This document shows positions 46,412 to 56,691 of a DNA stretch of 64,000 bases, in pieces. The translations under genes were made by a program, and so were the position numbers. The first letter of the stretch is position 1; every line of letters starts with the position of its first letter. The notes under the pieces are model-generated. The model was not told the DNA's origin, searched no databases, and saw nothing but the letters and a program-made list of their open reading frames with translations. The DNA lies in sequence record OM728297.1. One strand, written 5' to 3'.

Positions 46412-49400
46412 ATGCCAATGAGAGTACTACCAAAATTCGTTAAAAATGTAGGTAGATCACTTGGAAGATCAACAGCTTCAGCATTTGGTGATATGATGCC
46501 TAGTATGAAGAATTCAGGCATTGATAGTAAAAATTATATTGCCGAAGTATATAATTCTTCCAGAGAAAAAGTAACTCCTAATGAAGTTAAACAGACCTAC
46601 ATTTATAAATCTGGTCAGCAATTAATTAATAATGCAATTAGAGATCTTAAATCAGGTAATTTCTATAATAAAGAAAGACAACAACAAGCATCTAATGATT
46701 CTTTCAAAGAGATGTTTGGTATTGATTTAGATAATCTTACTAATTTTGAAGATCAAAATAAAGAAACAACAAAAGAGAAAGATGGAAAAACTATTCACAA
46801 TACCAGTAATAATACTCAACAAAATGTTTTTGTGAATAATAGTGATCCATCTACTTCTAAAAGCATTCAGCAATTAACAACTATTTCATCTTCAGCTATG
46901 AAGATGAGTCATTATAATTCTAGTGCTTTGAGTAAACAAATTTCTACATTAATTGAATTCCAGCATAATAACACTAACAGATTCTATACAGAGATGTCAA
47001 GTAAAATGGCTGATATTACAAGAGATGTTAGTCAGATGACCGGATTCCTTGGTGTGATGGCTGAGGTTTCAGTAGGTGGAACTAGAAGAACACAAGGCGA
47101 GTCTATGCTTGCAACATTATTAGGGTTAGAAGGATTTAGTGTTAGTGGAATGAAGGATATGTATAGGAAAAAATATTCTAATTCTACTGGTGGAATGAAA
47201 GATACATTTAATCTTGTTATTAAACCTTATATTGATGAAGTTGTTGCAAATCCAATTGGGACTTTAACTAAAAATGCAATTAAGTTAGCTTTACCAAGAG
47301 CTTTAAAATCAGCTGTTGGTGATATGGATCAAATGTTTAAATTTCTTCCTACTATGATCCAAGGAAAAGCTAAAGATTGGGAAGGTAGCGATAATGTCTT
47401 TAAGAGAAATGCCGCAAAAATATTTGGCATTGATCTAAAAGAAGATAAGGGATTTAACTTTTCTAATTATGAAAAAGGAAAGGTAGCATTTGATGGTGTA
47501 ACTAGACGTTCTATTGTTAATGTAATTCCATCATTGTTATCTAAAATTTTGGCTAGTGTTAGCAATAATTCAACTCATAAAGAAGAACTTATTTATGATT
47601 ATGATAAAGGAAAATTTACTACTAGAAAACGTGTAATAAAAGAAATGAATAGTGATATTAAAAACTTCACTATTGATAACTACGATCTTACTAATTATAA
47701 AGAACAGATTGCAAGAGAGAATCAATCTAAATTTTCAAGCAGTGAAGAATTATCTGCTTTTATGGAAAGAGTTGATAAAGCTCTTTTATCCATGGTTAAA
47801 AATAGCAAAATGATTCATGGTAATAGCAAGGCATCTGATATTTCGGAGGACGAAGATGTTGCTAATGCTATCTTAAATAACTTCAAGGGTCAAACAAATG
47901 CTAATAAGTCTAAATATCAATATGATCTACTAAGTGCTTCAAAAGCTTATTCCGATATTTATAGAAGAATTGAGCAAAATGAATCATTCAATAATGCCTT
48001 TGATATGACAAAAGAAGAAAGAATATTTGAACCTGAAACTAATAAAGAAATGGCTAGAAGAGTAAAATCAAATATTGATAGATTCTTTGGCGTTGGTCAA
48101 GGTCCAGTAGAAAATAATATGAGTAAAAAGAATCCTCTTTATTGGTTAACTGAAGGTATCAAGAGAGTTAATGGAAAAACTTCTGAATTTTTTTATGGTC
48201 AGGATAATAATGAATATGCATATACTAGACCTCAACAACCTTCTTCTAATCAGCAAAATACAGTAAATAGAGGATCTAAGATAAGAGATTTTGCTAGTAG
48301 AGTAGTAAATACAGGAAGTAATGCTATTTCTAGGTTAAATACAAGAAATGGTTTAGTGTCTGAGAGAAGAACTTCACCTTCAATTCCTGTTATCTCAAAT
48401 ACTGAGGATACTAGTAGCAACAATACAACAAGAGAATTAAGTAATTTAAATCAAAATATTGAAGAAGTAAATAATGAAATTAGTGGAGATAGAGGTATCA
48501 CCAGAAGCATCTTCCTGTTAAATAGAAATATTGAACGTAATAATAGAATTATGGAAGGTAGAAATGATGAGAAAACATCCTCTTCCACTAATTCAACTGC
48601 CATTAGAACTACGAATGTACAAAACCCAGATCTTTCCATTCTCCCTAAGATTAATGATAATATTCTTCATATTATAGCATTACTAGAAGCTAAATTTAGT
48701 GGAGATGGCTTACCAGTAGGTAGGATTGGAAAATTCAAAAACATTATTGGTAGTTATAAGGATAAAACTCTTAATTTCTTTGAAAAGTTATTTGGAAGAG
48801 GAAGATCTAATTCAGGAGGTTTCTTCTCTAGAACAGCAGAAAAAGTTAAAGGCTTTATTGGAATGATATTTGGTAATTCAGGTTCCAGAACTTCACTTTT
48901 GTCTAAATTATTTGGTGGTGCAATGGATTCTATTAGAGGTGCTAATGGAAGACAATCTATTACATCAAGACTTCTAGGAAGAGATGGCATTATCACCAAG
49001 TTTGTTTCTGGTACGTTAACAACTGTTTTGGATGTTGCGTCTAAAACAATTCCAAAAGCAACTAAATTTGCAGGAGAGGTAACAAAAGGATTTTTAAATT
49101 TTGGTAAAAGTGCTTTTTCACTAATACTTGGGGCAGGTAAAAAAGGATTAGATAAAGCTAAAGAACTTCGATCAAATAGATCTGCAAGTAGAGCAGGAAG
49201 AAGCGGAAATAGAAATATTAAAGGAATGAGAGGCTTACTTGGTCTTTTAACAAGTACTACTGGGAGTGTTATAGGAGGAGCAGGTAGCCTTATTGGTGGA
49301 AGCTTAAGCCTTGGCATGAGAGGCGTTTCAAAAGTAGGAGATATGGCTTTAGGTATTGGTAATAAACTATCTGGTCGTAAAGGGCATAAAAAAAGTAAAT

Positions 49401-52186
49401 CTTCTTCTAATAGAAGATCTTTTTCAATGCCAGATATTTTAGATAGAGTATTTAATCGTAAAAGTGATTCACTGCATGTCTTTGTAGATGGCGGCTCTCT
49501 AGATAAAATCCGAGAAGTAGTTAAGGTTCAGACACATATTAGTGATGGAAACTCTGCGGTAGAACAAATTGCAGAATTTAAAAAAAGACGTCAAAATAAT
49601 GAAAATAGCCTTCTTCAAAACTTAAAAGGTGGTAGAAAGAAAAGAAATAGAAATAACCTTACAGGTGAACAGTCTTCTGGTGGAGGTTTCTTAAGCGGAA
49701 CACTGAGTAATATTGCAGGCGATATTATTGGTGAGGTAATTGGAAATAAAATTGCTGGACGTGGAGGAAGAGATACTGGTACTAGAGTTGGAAGAAGAGC
49801 TGGACGGAGAGGAATCTTTGGTAGAATTGGCGGTCTCTTTAATCGTAATAGAGGTGCATCTGAAGCTATTGAAGGAGCAACTGATTTAGCACAAAACTCT
49901 ACTAGAATGGGAAGAAATCAAGCAACTGGGCGAGGAATTAGAGGTATGTTCAGTCGAATTGGTGGAGGATTATCTCGTCTAGGTGGACGAGGAATGGCAG
50001 GAATTGGTGCTTTAGGTGCTGGTGCAGGATTGGCATCTGGGAGTGCTGGTGTTGCTCAAGCCGCAACTACAGGAGCATCAGCTACACAGGCGGCTACTAC
50101 TGCGGCAGGTGCTAGTGGAGTAGCAGGAGCGGCTTCTGGAGGTGCTAAAGGACTTCTTAAAGGAGCCGGAACAGCACTTAGAGGGGCAGGTAGATTAGCA
50201 AAATTCATTCCGGGAGTAGGATTAGTTGCTACAGCAGGAATGGGTGTTATGGATGCTATTAATGGTGTTCAGAACGCTAACCAAATATTTGGAACTGAAA
50301 AAGCTACTTTAGGACAAAAAGTATCTGCAGGAGCAGGTAGTGTTATAAGTGGACTTACATTTGGTTTAGCTGATAAAGAAAAAGTTTCAAAAGGGATTTA
50401 TGGATTTGGTAACAAGATTAAAGATTTTGGTTCAAAAGCATTAAGTACAGTTAAGAAAAATCCTTTATTACTCGCCGGAGGTATTGGTGGAGGATTAGGA
50501 TTAGGTGCTTTAGGACTTTCTAAGATGTTTGGAAAAAAAGAGGATGAAGATCAAAAGAGAGATGCTGAAAAGGGAGAAAACAGTAAGCAACCTATTAATA
50601 AAATCTCTGCTTGGGTCGAAAAACTAGGTAAATTCTTCTCAATTGGTGCTGGTGGTACATTCTTTAGTGGTATCTGGGGAATGATTACTGGTAAAACAGG
50701 TGGTATCTTTGATAAGATTGGTAACTGGTTTAAAGGCTTATTTGGTGGAGGAAAAGATGATAGTAATTCAGGTGGCGATTCTTATACTGGTAAAATTGGT
50801 TCTGGTATTGGAGCACTAGCCGCTAAATATGAGTCTAGTGGTAATGCTGGAACGGTAGCAAATAGTTCTGGTGATATTGGTGGGCAATCATTTGGTAAAT
50901 ATCAACTTGCAAGAAATACTGGGTCTTATAAATCTTTTATCAATAAGCTTAGTGATTATGGTCATGAAGATTGGGAAAAACAATTAAAATCAGCTTATAA
51001 TAGTACCTCTCAAAGTGCGGCAGTGTGGAAGAAGATATATAAGGAAAATCCAAAAGAATTTGAAAAAGTTCAGGATCAATATTTTGCAGATCAATATTTT
51101 AGACCAGCGGCAGGTAAAATCAAATCTGCAATTGGTTTAGATGTTGGTAAACGTTCTACAGCTGTTCAAGCGGTATTATTATCTACTGCTGTTCAACATG
51201 GAACTGCTGGTGCTGTTAATGTTTGGAAGAATGCACTTGGTAGTAAAGCAAATGATATGTCTGATTCTGAAATTATTAATGCAGTTTATAAAGAGCGTGC
51301 GGCTAATAATGGTATGAAATATTTCCCTAGTTCTTCTGCCGCTATTCGTAAAGGCGTTGTGAACCGATTCTCAAGAGAGAAAAAAGATGCATTAGCAATG
51401 TTAGCTAAAGATGGTGGAGAAAAAGCAAATACTTCATCTGATAGTGATAAAGATACAAAAGATTCTTCATCAACAGGTTCAACAGCATCTAAGGTTATGA
51501 ATGATCGCAGTCAATTTTACGATAATCCATTTGACTCAGCTTCTTCAGGTGGAGACTATACAAATAGTACAGCAGGTTATGACTCAGCACCTTCTTCATC
51601 ATATAAGAGTATTGGTGGATTTAGTCTTGGTTCATCTGCTGGAAAAGCATTAACTTCTGGTTCTGCATATGTGGCAAATTTACTTTCAACATCTGATAAA
51701 GCAATGGGAGACTTAAGATGGTCAATTGGAAATAATACTATTTCTAAAGCAAATAGTATTAAGAATAGCTATCTAAATTCCAATTCTTCAAGTAATCCAT
51801 TTTCTGCATTAGGAATTGGCACTGGAACAACATCAAATATTAAATCGACTGCATCAAGTTCATTAGTAAGTCCATTAAGCTCTATTCCAAAACTTTCAAG
51901 TTCTTCTTCAGAAAGTAACACTGGAAGTACTATAACTGGAAATGATTTTACTGAAATGCTTAAGAACTCTGATGAAATTGCTCAAATGCAAAGTATTCTT
52001 AAACAAATTAATGAGAACAGCAAACAAGGAAATAGTATTCTGGCTAAGATGCTTGAAGCCATTATTGATATTAGAGATAATAAAAGTTTTGGTGGAACAA
52101 CAGTAGTCAATAATACTTCTTCAGGTTCAAATTACAGTTCTTCAAGTATTTCTCCAGAGACAGATAGTATGTTAAAGGGTTATTAA
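46412..52186 (+). CDS. Tape-measure-like tail protein with lysozyme-fold (VgrG3-C-like) domain
   Basis: 1924 aa, helical; Gly/Ala TM-like tracts; KYESSG...GD.GG.SFGKYQL...STAVQHG; late promoter at 46340..46351. Confidence 0.75.
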   Translation: MPMRVLPKFVKNVGRSLGRSTASAFGDMMPSMKNSGIDSKNYIAEVYNSSREKVTPNEVKQTYIYKSGQQLINNAIRDLKSGNFYNKERQQQASNDSFKEMFGIDLDNLTNFEDQNKETTKEKDGKTIHNTSNNTQQNVFVNNSDPSTSKSIQQLTTISSSAMKMSHYNSSALSKQISTLIEFQHNNTNRFYTEMSSKMADITRDVSQMTGFLGVMAEVSVGGTRRTQGESMLATLLGLEGFSVSGMKDMYRKKYSNSTGGMKDTFNLVIKPYIDEVVANPIGTLTKNAIKLALPRALKSAVGDMDQMFKFLPTMIQGKAKDWEGSDNVFKRNAAKIFGIDLKEDKGFNFSNYEKGKVAFDGVTRRSIVNVIPSLLSKILASVSNNSTHKEELIYDYDKGKFTTRKRVIKEMNSDIKNFTIDNYDLTNYKEQIARENQSKFSSSEELSAFMERVDKALLSMVKNSKMIHGNSKASDISEDEDVANAILNNFKGQTNANKSKYQYDLLSASKAYSDIYRRIEQNESFNNAFDMTKEERIFEPETNKEMARRVKSNIDRFFGVGQGPVENNMSKKNPLYWLTEGIKRVNGKTSEFFYGQDNNEYAYTRPQQPSSNQQNTVNRGSKIRDFASRVVNTGSNAISRLNTRNGLVSERRTSPSIPVISNTEDTSSNNTTRELSNLNQNIEEVNNEISGDRGITRSIFLLNRNIERNNRIMEGRNDEKTSSSTNSTAIRTTNVQNPDLSILPKINDNILHIIALLEAKFSGDGLPVGRIGKFKNIIGSYKDKTLNFFEKLFGRGRSNSGGFFSRTAEKVKGFIGMIFGNSGSRTSLLSKLFGGAMDSIRGANGRQSITSRLLGRDGIITKFVSGTLTTVLDVASKTIPKATKFAGEVTKGFLNFGKSAFSLILGAGKKGLDKAKELRSNRSASRAGRSGNRNIKGMRGLLGLLTSTTGSVIGGAGSLIGGSLSLGMRGVSKVGDMALGIGNKLSGRKGHKKSKSSSNRRSFSMPDILDRVFNRKSDSLHVFVDGGSLDKIREVVKVQTHISDGNSAVEQIAEFKKRRQNNENSLLQNLKGGRKKRNRNNLTGEQSSGGGFLSGTLSNIAGDIIGEVIGNKIAGRGGRDTGTRVGRRAGRRGIFGRIGGLFNRNRGASEAIEGATDLAQNSTRMGRNQATGRGIRGMFSRIGGGLSRLGGRGMAGIGALGAGAGLASGSAGVAQAATTGASATQAATTAAGASGVAGAASGGAKGLLKGAGTALRGAGRLAKFIPGVGLVATAGMGVMDAINGVQNANQIFGTEKATLGQKVSAGAGSVISGLTFGLADKEKVSKGIYGFGNKIKDFGSKALSTVKKNPLLLAGGIGGGLGLGALGLSKMFGKKEDEDQKRDAEKGENSKQPINKISAWVEKLGKFFSIGAGGTFFSGIWGMITGKTGGIFDKIGNWFKGLFGGGKDDSNSGGDSYTGKIGSGIGALAAKYESSGNAGTVANSSGDIGGQSFGKYQLARNTGSYKSFINKLSDYGHEDWEKQLKSAYNSTSQSAAVWKKIYKENPKEFEKVQDQYFADQYFRPAAGKIKSAIGLDVGKRSTAVQAVLLSTAVQHGTAGAVNVWKNALGSKANDMSDSEIINAVYKERAANNGMKYFPSSSAAIRKGVVNRFSREKKDALAMLAKDGGEKANTSSDSDKDTKDSSSTGSTASKVMNDRSQFYDNPFDSASSGGDYTNSTAGYDSAPSSSYKSIGGFSLGSSAGKALTSGSAYVANLLSTSDKAMGDLRWSIGNNTISKANSIKNSYLNSNSSSNPFSALGIGTGTTSNIKSTASSSLVSPLSSIPKLSSSSSESNTGSTITGNDFTEMLKNSDEIAQMQSILKQINENSKQGNSILAKMLEAIIDIRDNKSFGGTTVVNNTSSGSNYSSSSISPETDSMLKGY

Positions 52187-52203
52187 TAGAGAGGTGATTT
52201 ATT

Positions 52204-53229
52204 ATGGCAGATGAACAGCAAAACGTTGATGAACAACAGTCACAGATAATTGGAGATGAGTTTTTCCAAGAAGGTAACTCTAATTCAGATTCAAAAGGTG
52301 GATTTGGAACAAGTGTAGAATATACTGATGGTTTTGAAGCGTTAATTGGATCTTCTAAGGGTGGTTCTGGTTCTTATGCTACACCTACATGGAATCCATA
52401 TAAATCAGATAGTGTATTAGGCTTACCTTTATACTATAATGATTTAGCGGATCCTTCGGGAAGAGTATATAATCAAACCATTATTCAAGATATTCCTAAT
52501 ATATACATGGTTCCCGGAATTCCATCTATTAATAGAAATATGATTGACGTAGCAGGAAAACGTATTATTCCTGCTACTCTTTCTCGTGCATTAATGGATT
52601 TTCAAAATAATCCAAATAGTATTTTTAATTTTGGAGTTAGAGGAGTAAAAAGTGGTAATGACCTTCGTTTCATAGGGTTTAAAGCAGATTATTCTGAATA
52701 CTTTAAATATGTACAAACTATGTTAAGTACTATACATTCATATATGGCAATGGATGGCATATTTGATTTATATAGATTCTCAGATGACTTTAATAATAGT
52801 TTTAAAAATTATGGATTATGTTTTTATGCAGATAAATCTACAACTATTTCTGAGTCAGCTGATAATACTTATGCGGCTTCTAGAACAGCAGAAATGGTAA
52901 GTGAGAAAGCGGCTACTTTAAGGGAAGCAGATTTATTATATCCTACAGGAAGTACAACATCTCGTATTGTTGACTCAATTAAAGCGGCTAATCCAATTGG
53001 TGTACTAGAATCATTAGGTTCATTTGATGGAATTATCACTCGTACATCAAATGCATTATTTCGTGTTGTAAATGGATCACAATTAATGTTTCCTGACTTT
53101 TGGCAAGATTCTAGATTTGATAAATCTTATAATATTAGTTTCAAATTTTATAGTCCTTATGGTGATAGAGAAAGTATATTTAGATATGTGTATGTACCTT
53201 TTATAGCACTATTAGCATTAGCATTGCCT
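52204..53229 (+). CDS. Baseplate/tube-like virion protein, exon 1
   Basis: Ends ...LLALALP at an intron 5' splice site; follows the tape-measure-like gene. Confidence 0.8.
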
Positions 53230-53380
53230 TAAATGACGGGGCAATTAAAACTCTTTTAACTGCTGGAACATCCTTAGAGCTTATTAGACTACAACGTGAC
53301 TGGTGACAGTGAGCGTGAATGTTTAAAAACTAATAAGATTGGACGATCAGCAACTAGTTAAAACTTCCATCATCCCATTA

Positions 53381-53392
53381 AACATATTATTA
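53381..53392 (+). promoter_or_regulatory. Late promoter inside the intron, upstream of the endonuclease
   Basis: AACA tattat TA within hairpin 53369..53415. Confidence 0.7.
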
Positions 53393-53410
53393 ATGATTAA
53401 TGAAGGCGGG

Positions 53411-54364
53411 ATGATTTACTTGGTTAAAAGGAAAACTAATGAGGAATTCTTAAAAGAAGTATCTGACAATTATAATGAAGAATACACTATTCTATCGGAA
53501 TATAAAAATGCTAGGACGAAGATTTCTATTAGGCATGAAAAATGTGGTGAAGTATATGAAAGAAGACCAGATTCTATAAAAAATATTACATGTAAATCTT
53601 GTTCAAGAAGAAGATATACTCATAGTGACATCATTAAGAAAATTAAAGATATTGTTGGTAATGAATACACTTTATTAGGTAAATATAAAACAATGGAAAA
53701 GCCTATTAAAATGATTCATAATCTATGTAACTATGAGTGGGATGTAAAATTACATCATTTTATTAATAATGGTACAAGATGTCCAAAATGCTTTGGTAAT
53801 ATTAAGAGAGATACAGAGTCTTATAGAAAAGAAGTATATGTTCTCTATAAAGATGAATATTCTGTATTAGGAGAATATATTGATACACACTCGCCTATTA
53901 AAATGATTCATAATCTATGTAATTTAGAATTTGAAGTACGTCCTAGTGATTTTTTAGGTAGTCATATGCAAGGCTGTCCTAAGTGTAAAGCTTCTAAAGG
54001 TGAAAGACTAATAAGAAATTGGTTGTCAGAGAATAATATTTCATTTGAAGAACAAGTTAAAATGGATGGACTTAGAAATAAGATTCCACTAACATTTGAT
54101 TTTTTCTTACCTGATTATAATACTGCTATTGAATTTGATGGAATCCAGCATTTTAAACCTGTTAAAAGGTTTGGTGGTGAGGAAAGATTTAAAATTCAGC
54201 AGAAAAGAGATTCTATTAAGAATCAATTTTGTAAAGAAAATGAAATAAGATTAATAAGAATACCATACTTTAAGATAAAAAATATTAGTTTAATCCTTTC
54301 TAATTTATTGGAAGTTACTAGCTCAACGACTATCGAAACCACATCATTTGATGGAAGGAAGTAG
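53411..54364 (+). CDS. Intron-encoded homing endonuclease (Zn-ribbons plus Vsr/DUF559-like domain)
   Basis: Same architecture as 30030..31064; SKGE...FDF...EFDGIQH; start 53411 (ATG) or 53420 (TTG). Confidence 0.85.
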   Translation: MIYLVKRKTNEEFLKEVSDNYNEEYTILSEYKNARTKISIRHEKCGEVYERRPDSIKNITCKSCSRRRYTHSDIIKKIKDIVGNEYTLLGKYKTMEKPIKMIHNLCNYEWDVKLHHFINNGTRCPKCFGNIKRDTESYRKEVYVLYKDEYSVLGEYIDTHSPIKMIHNLCNLEFEVRPSDFLGSHMQGCPKCKASKGERLIRNWLSENNISFEEQVKMDGLRNKIPLTFDFFLPDYNTAIEFDGIQHFKPVKRFGGEERFKIQQKRDSIKNQFCKENEIRLIRIPYFKIKNISLILSNLLEVTSSTTIETTSFDGRK

Positions 54365-54550
54365 AGTACCCCACAAGCGTGGTTACATTTAGGCATAAAT
54401 GTAAGTATAGTAAATTAATGTTACTATATGGGAAACAAAGAGCATGATGAAAGCGAAGAGCTGGAGTGAAGATATAGTCTCAACTTCTATGGAAACATAG
54501 AGCAGTTCATAAGAGAACGCACTGAAGTAGCGACTCAGTGGAAGGTTATG

Positions 54551-54997
54551 CGTCAGGATGGTTTATTAGGATATCAGCAACCATTTTTTGTGAGAATGTC
54601 TCGTCCGGGATATTTTGACATAGATATGGGAGTAGTAACAAGTTTAACCATTACTAAAGGCGGAGCTGATAGTCTGTGGACAGTTGACGGTCATCCGCAA
54701 ATGATTGAAGTTAATATGAACGTAGTAGATTTATATCCACAAATGATCCAAATTAAAGATATTGGTTTACTTGCATATAATCTGGGAATTGCATCATTCT
54801 TAGAAAACATGGCAGGAATAAGACCAGACCAATTAAGTTTTCTTAAATTTAAATCATTAATTAATAGAAAACTATCAAATTCATTATTATTTACTACTTT
54901 CCTTGATGGAGGTTCAGGAATTAAAGATAGAGTTGGTAACAAATTTGCTGATTTCTTCTATGAACTACAAGGTAAGTTTAATAATATATTAAGATAA
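54551..54997 (+). CDS. Baseplate/tube-like virion protein, exon 2 (spliced product 490 aa)
   Basis: RQDGLLGYQQPFFVRMSRPG continues exon 1 in frame. Confidence 0.82.
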   Translation, partial: RQDGLLGYQQPFFVRMSRPGYFDIDMGVVTSLTITKGGADSLWTVDGHPQMIEVNMNVVDLYPQMIQIKDIGLLAYNLGIASFLENMAGIRPDQLSFLKFKSLINRKLSNSLLFTTFLDGGSGIKDRVGNKFADFFYELQGKFNNILR

Positions 54998-55099
54998 ATT
55001 AAGAAAGAACCTTTATTTAGGTTCTTTCTTAATTAATACAATTCTAAATTCCTAACTTTTAAAGAATATGCCTAACAGATTAATAGAAATTAAATCTGA

Positions 55100-55714
55100 T
55101 TGGAGGTAGAATTCTTGGCATTTAAAAAAGGTAGTATTTCACAAACTACCAAATCGCAAAAAAAGAAATTAGAAAAAATTAAAAATACTGAAATTGAGTT
55201 AATAATTAATGAATTAGATGATAATCAAGTAGTAGTTAATATTAACATGAATAGCATAATAGAACCATATGTAAGAAATAGATTGGCAGGTAATTCATCA
55301 CATCTATATGATCCATTAAATACTTATAAGAAACAGATAAGACGAAAATTAAAAGAACAACTAGAAAATTATGAAAACTTTAAAATGGGAGAAGGTAAAA
55401 TTACTTTCATTATTGATGTATATACTGTTCCACCTAAGTCATTTACAAAAAGACAGCTAGTATATGCTATATTTAAAAGAATTATAAGACCTATTGTTAA
55501 ACCAGATTTAGATAATGTTGCTAAAACTGCAATGGATGTTTGTTCTAAATTATTTTGGAAAGATGATAATCAAGTAGTAGAACTTAAAGTGAGAAAATTT
55601 TATGGGGAAAACCAAGCAACTTATATTAAATTTTACATGGATTTAAAGCCAGATGAAATTCGGGGAAGAGCAAATGAGGAGGAAAATGAACTATGGAAAA
55701 CGCTAAATCTTTAG
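55100..55714 (+). CDS. rusA: RusA-family Holliday junction resolvase
   Basis: KPDLDN...WKDDNQVV...K.Y; late promoter at 55074..55085. Confidence 0.88.
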   Translation: MEVEFLAFKKGSISQTTKSQKKKLEKIKNTEIELIINELDDNQVVVNINMNSIIEPYVRNRLAGNSSHLYDPLNTYKKQIRRKLKEQLENYENFKMGEGKITFIIDVYTVPPKSFTKRQLVYAIFKRIIRPIVKPDLDNVAKTAMDVCSKLFWKDDNQVVELKVRKFYGENQATYIKFYMDLKPDEIRGRANEEENELWKTLNL

Positions 55715-56199
55715 CGGATACATCAAAGTATCTCAACCAAAGTGATATTGAAAATATTGTGAAAGTAAATAAAATTAAAAAGGATATTACTAGTTTTTTT
55801 GATATGGATTTATTCATCAATAAGATGAGAGATATTATTGATGAATCTGAACATTTTGACTTTAGAAGTAAAACTTCACGATTATATATTGAAAAAGAAA
55901 GACCAAATTTTATTTTAAAATATGTATCAGATGAACTAACAAATAAAATTAATTCTGTACAAGGTTCTGATCCAGAAGAAACTGAGTCAATTCAAATTGA
56001 TATTATTACTGAATACATCTTTAATGATGTTATCTCTAAATTTTCTACTTTTGTTACTGATTGTATTAAAGACACAGAAAAATTAAATGATTTATTTTCA
56101 GATATTCCAGATGATATCAAAGATATTCTAATTTCAAATATTTATACAATTAGACCTGATATCAAGGGAAATAACATTCAAGTACTTTATTTTATTTAA
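55693..56199 (+). CDS. Hypothetical protein
   Basis: ORF track. Confidence 0.7.
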   Translation: MENAKSLADTSKYLNQSDIENIVKVNKIKKDITSFFDMDLFINKMRDIIDESEHFDFRSKTSRLYIEKERPNFILKYVSDELTNKINSVQGSDPEETESIQIDIITEYIFNDVISKFSTFVTDCIKDTEKLNDLFSDIPDDIKDILISNIYTIRPDIKGNNIQVLYFI

Positions 56200-56226
56200 T
56201 AAAAAAGATTACAGGGGGTTTTCATA

Positions 56227-56646
56227 ATGTGGAAACAAGCATTAAAATTAAAAGGTACAAAAGATTTAATTGATGAAGAAATTATTAACTTAGATGATGT
56301 AATTCTAACAAAACCTGTTTACAATAAAGTAAAGAATACTATTGAAAAAGCAATTGCACGCAATGAATTAGTTACTACTAATTTAAAAGGAGTAGGAAAG
56401 ACAACTGCTGTTATTAAATTAGCTAAGAAGTATGATCTGAGTGTAGTTACTCTTCATTCTGAAGTGGAAGAATTATCAGAAAAGTTTAATTATGGTAGAA
56501 TTTATTCTTTACAGATGATAACTGGAAATTTAGATGATTATAAAAACCATAAATTTATTGTAGACTGCGGAAGAAATACTGAGGGAGTAATTAATGCATT
56601 AAGAAATAATGGTCTTAATGTAATTTCAGGTGTTATATGTAATTAA
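56227..56646 (+). CDS. Hypothetical protein with degenerate P-loop (KGVGKTT)
   Basis: ORF track. Confidence 0.65.
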   Translation: MWKQALKLKGTKDLIDEEIINLDDVILTKPVYNKVKNTIEKAIARNELVTTNLKGVGKTTAVIKLAKKYDLSVVTLHSEVEELSEKFNYGRIYSLQMITGNLDDYKNHKFIVDCGRNTEGVINALRNNGLNVISGVICN

Positions 56647-56648
56647 TA

Positions 56649-56688
56649 AAAACGATAAATCATATTATATAATATGATTTATCGTTTT
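56649..56688. terminator. Bidirectional terminator, 19-bp perfect arms
   Basis: AAAACGATAAATCATATTA-ta-TAATATGATTTATCGTTTT between convergent genes. Confidence 0.75.
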
Positions 56689-56691
56689 ACT

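Larger units (their letters stand above)
53230..54550 (+). mobile_element. Group I intron (IA2-like, 1321 nt) carrying an endonuclease ORF
   Basis: P1 UUGCCU/GGGCAA; P10 UGACG/CGUCA; core AACUGCUGGAA, GAUCAGCAACUAG, GCUCAACGACUA, GAAGAUAUAGUCU; ends UGGAAGGUUAUG. Confidence 0.93.

Noticed and set aside
48451-49317. Antisense ORFs inside the tape-measure-like gene
   Set aside because: Shadow frames of a Gly/Arg-rich coding region.
53339-53410. N-terminal extension of the endonuclease ORF from TTG 53339
   Set aside because: It lies in the ribozyme core, upstream of the internal promoter and RBS; the homolog starts at the equivalent of VKRK.
54548-54550. ATG start for a separate 149-aa gene
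   Set aside because: This ATG supplies the intron's terminal G; P10 pairing supports the 3' splice site at 54550.
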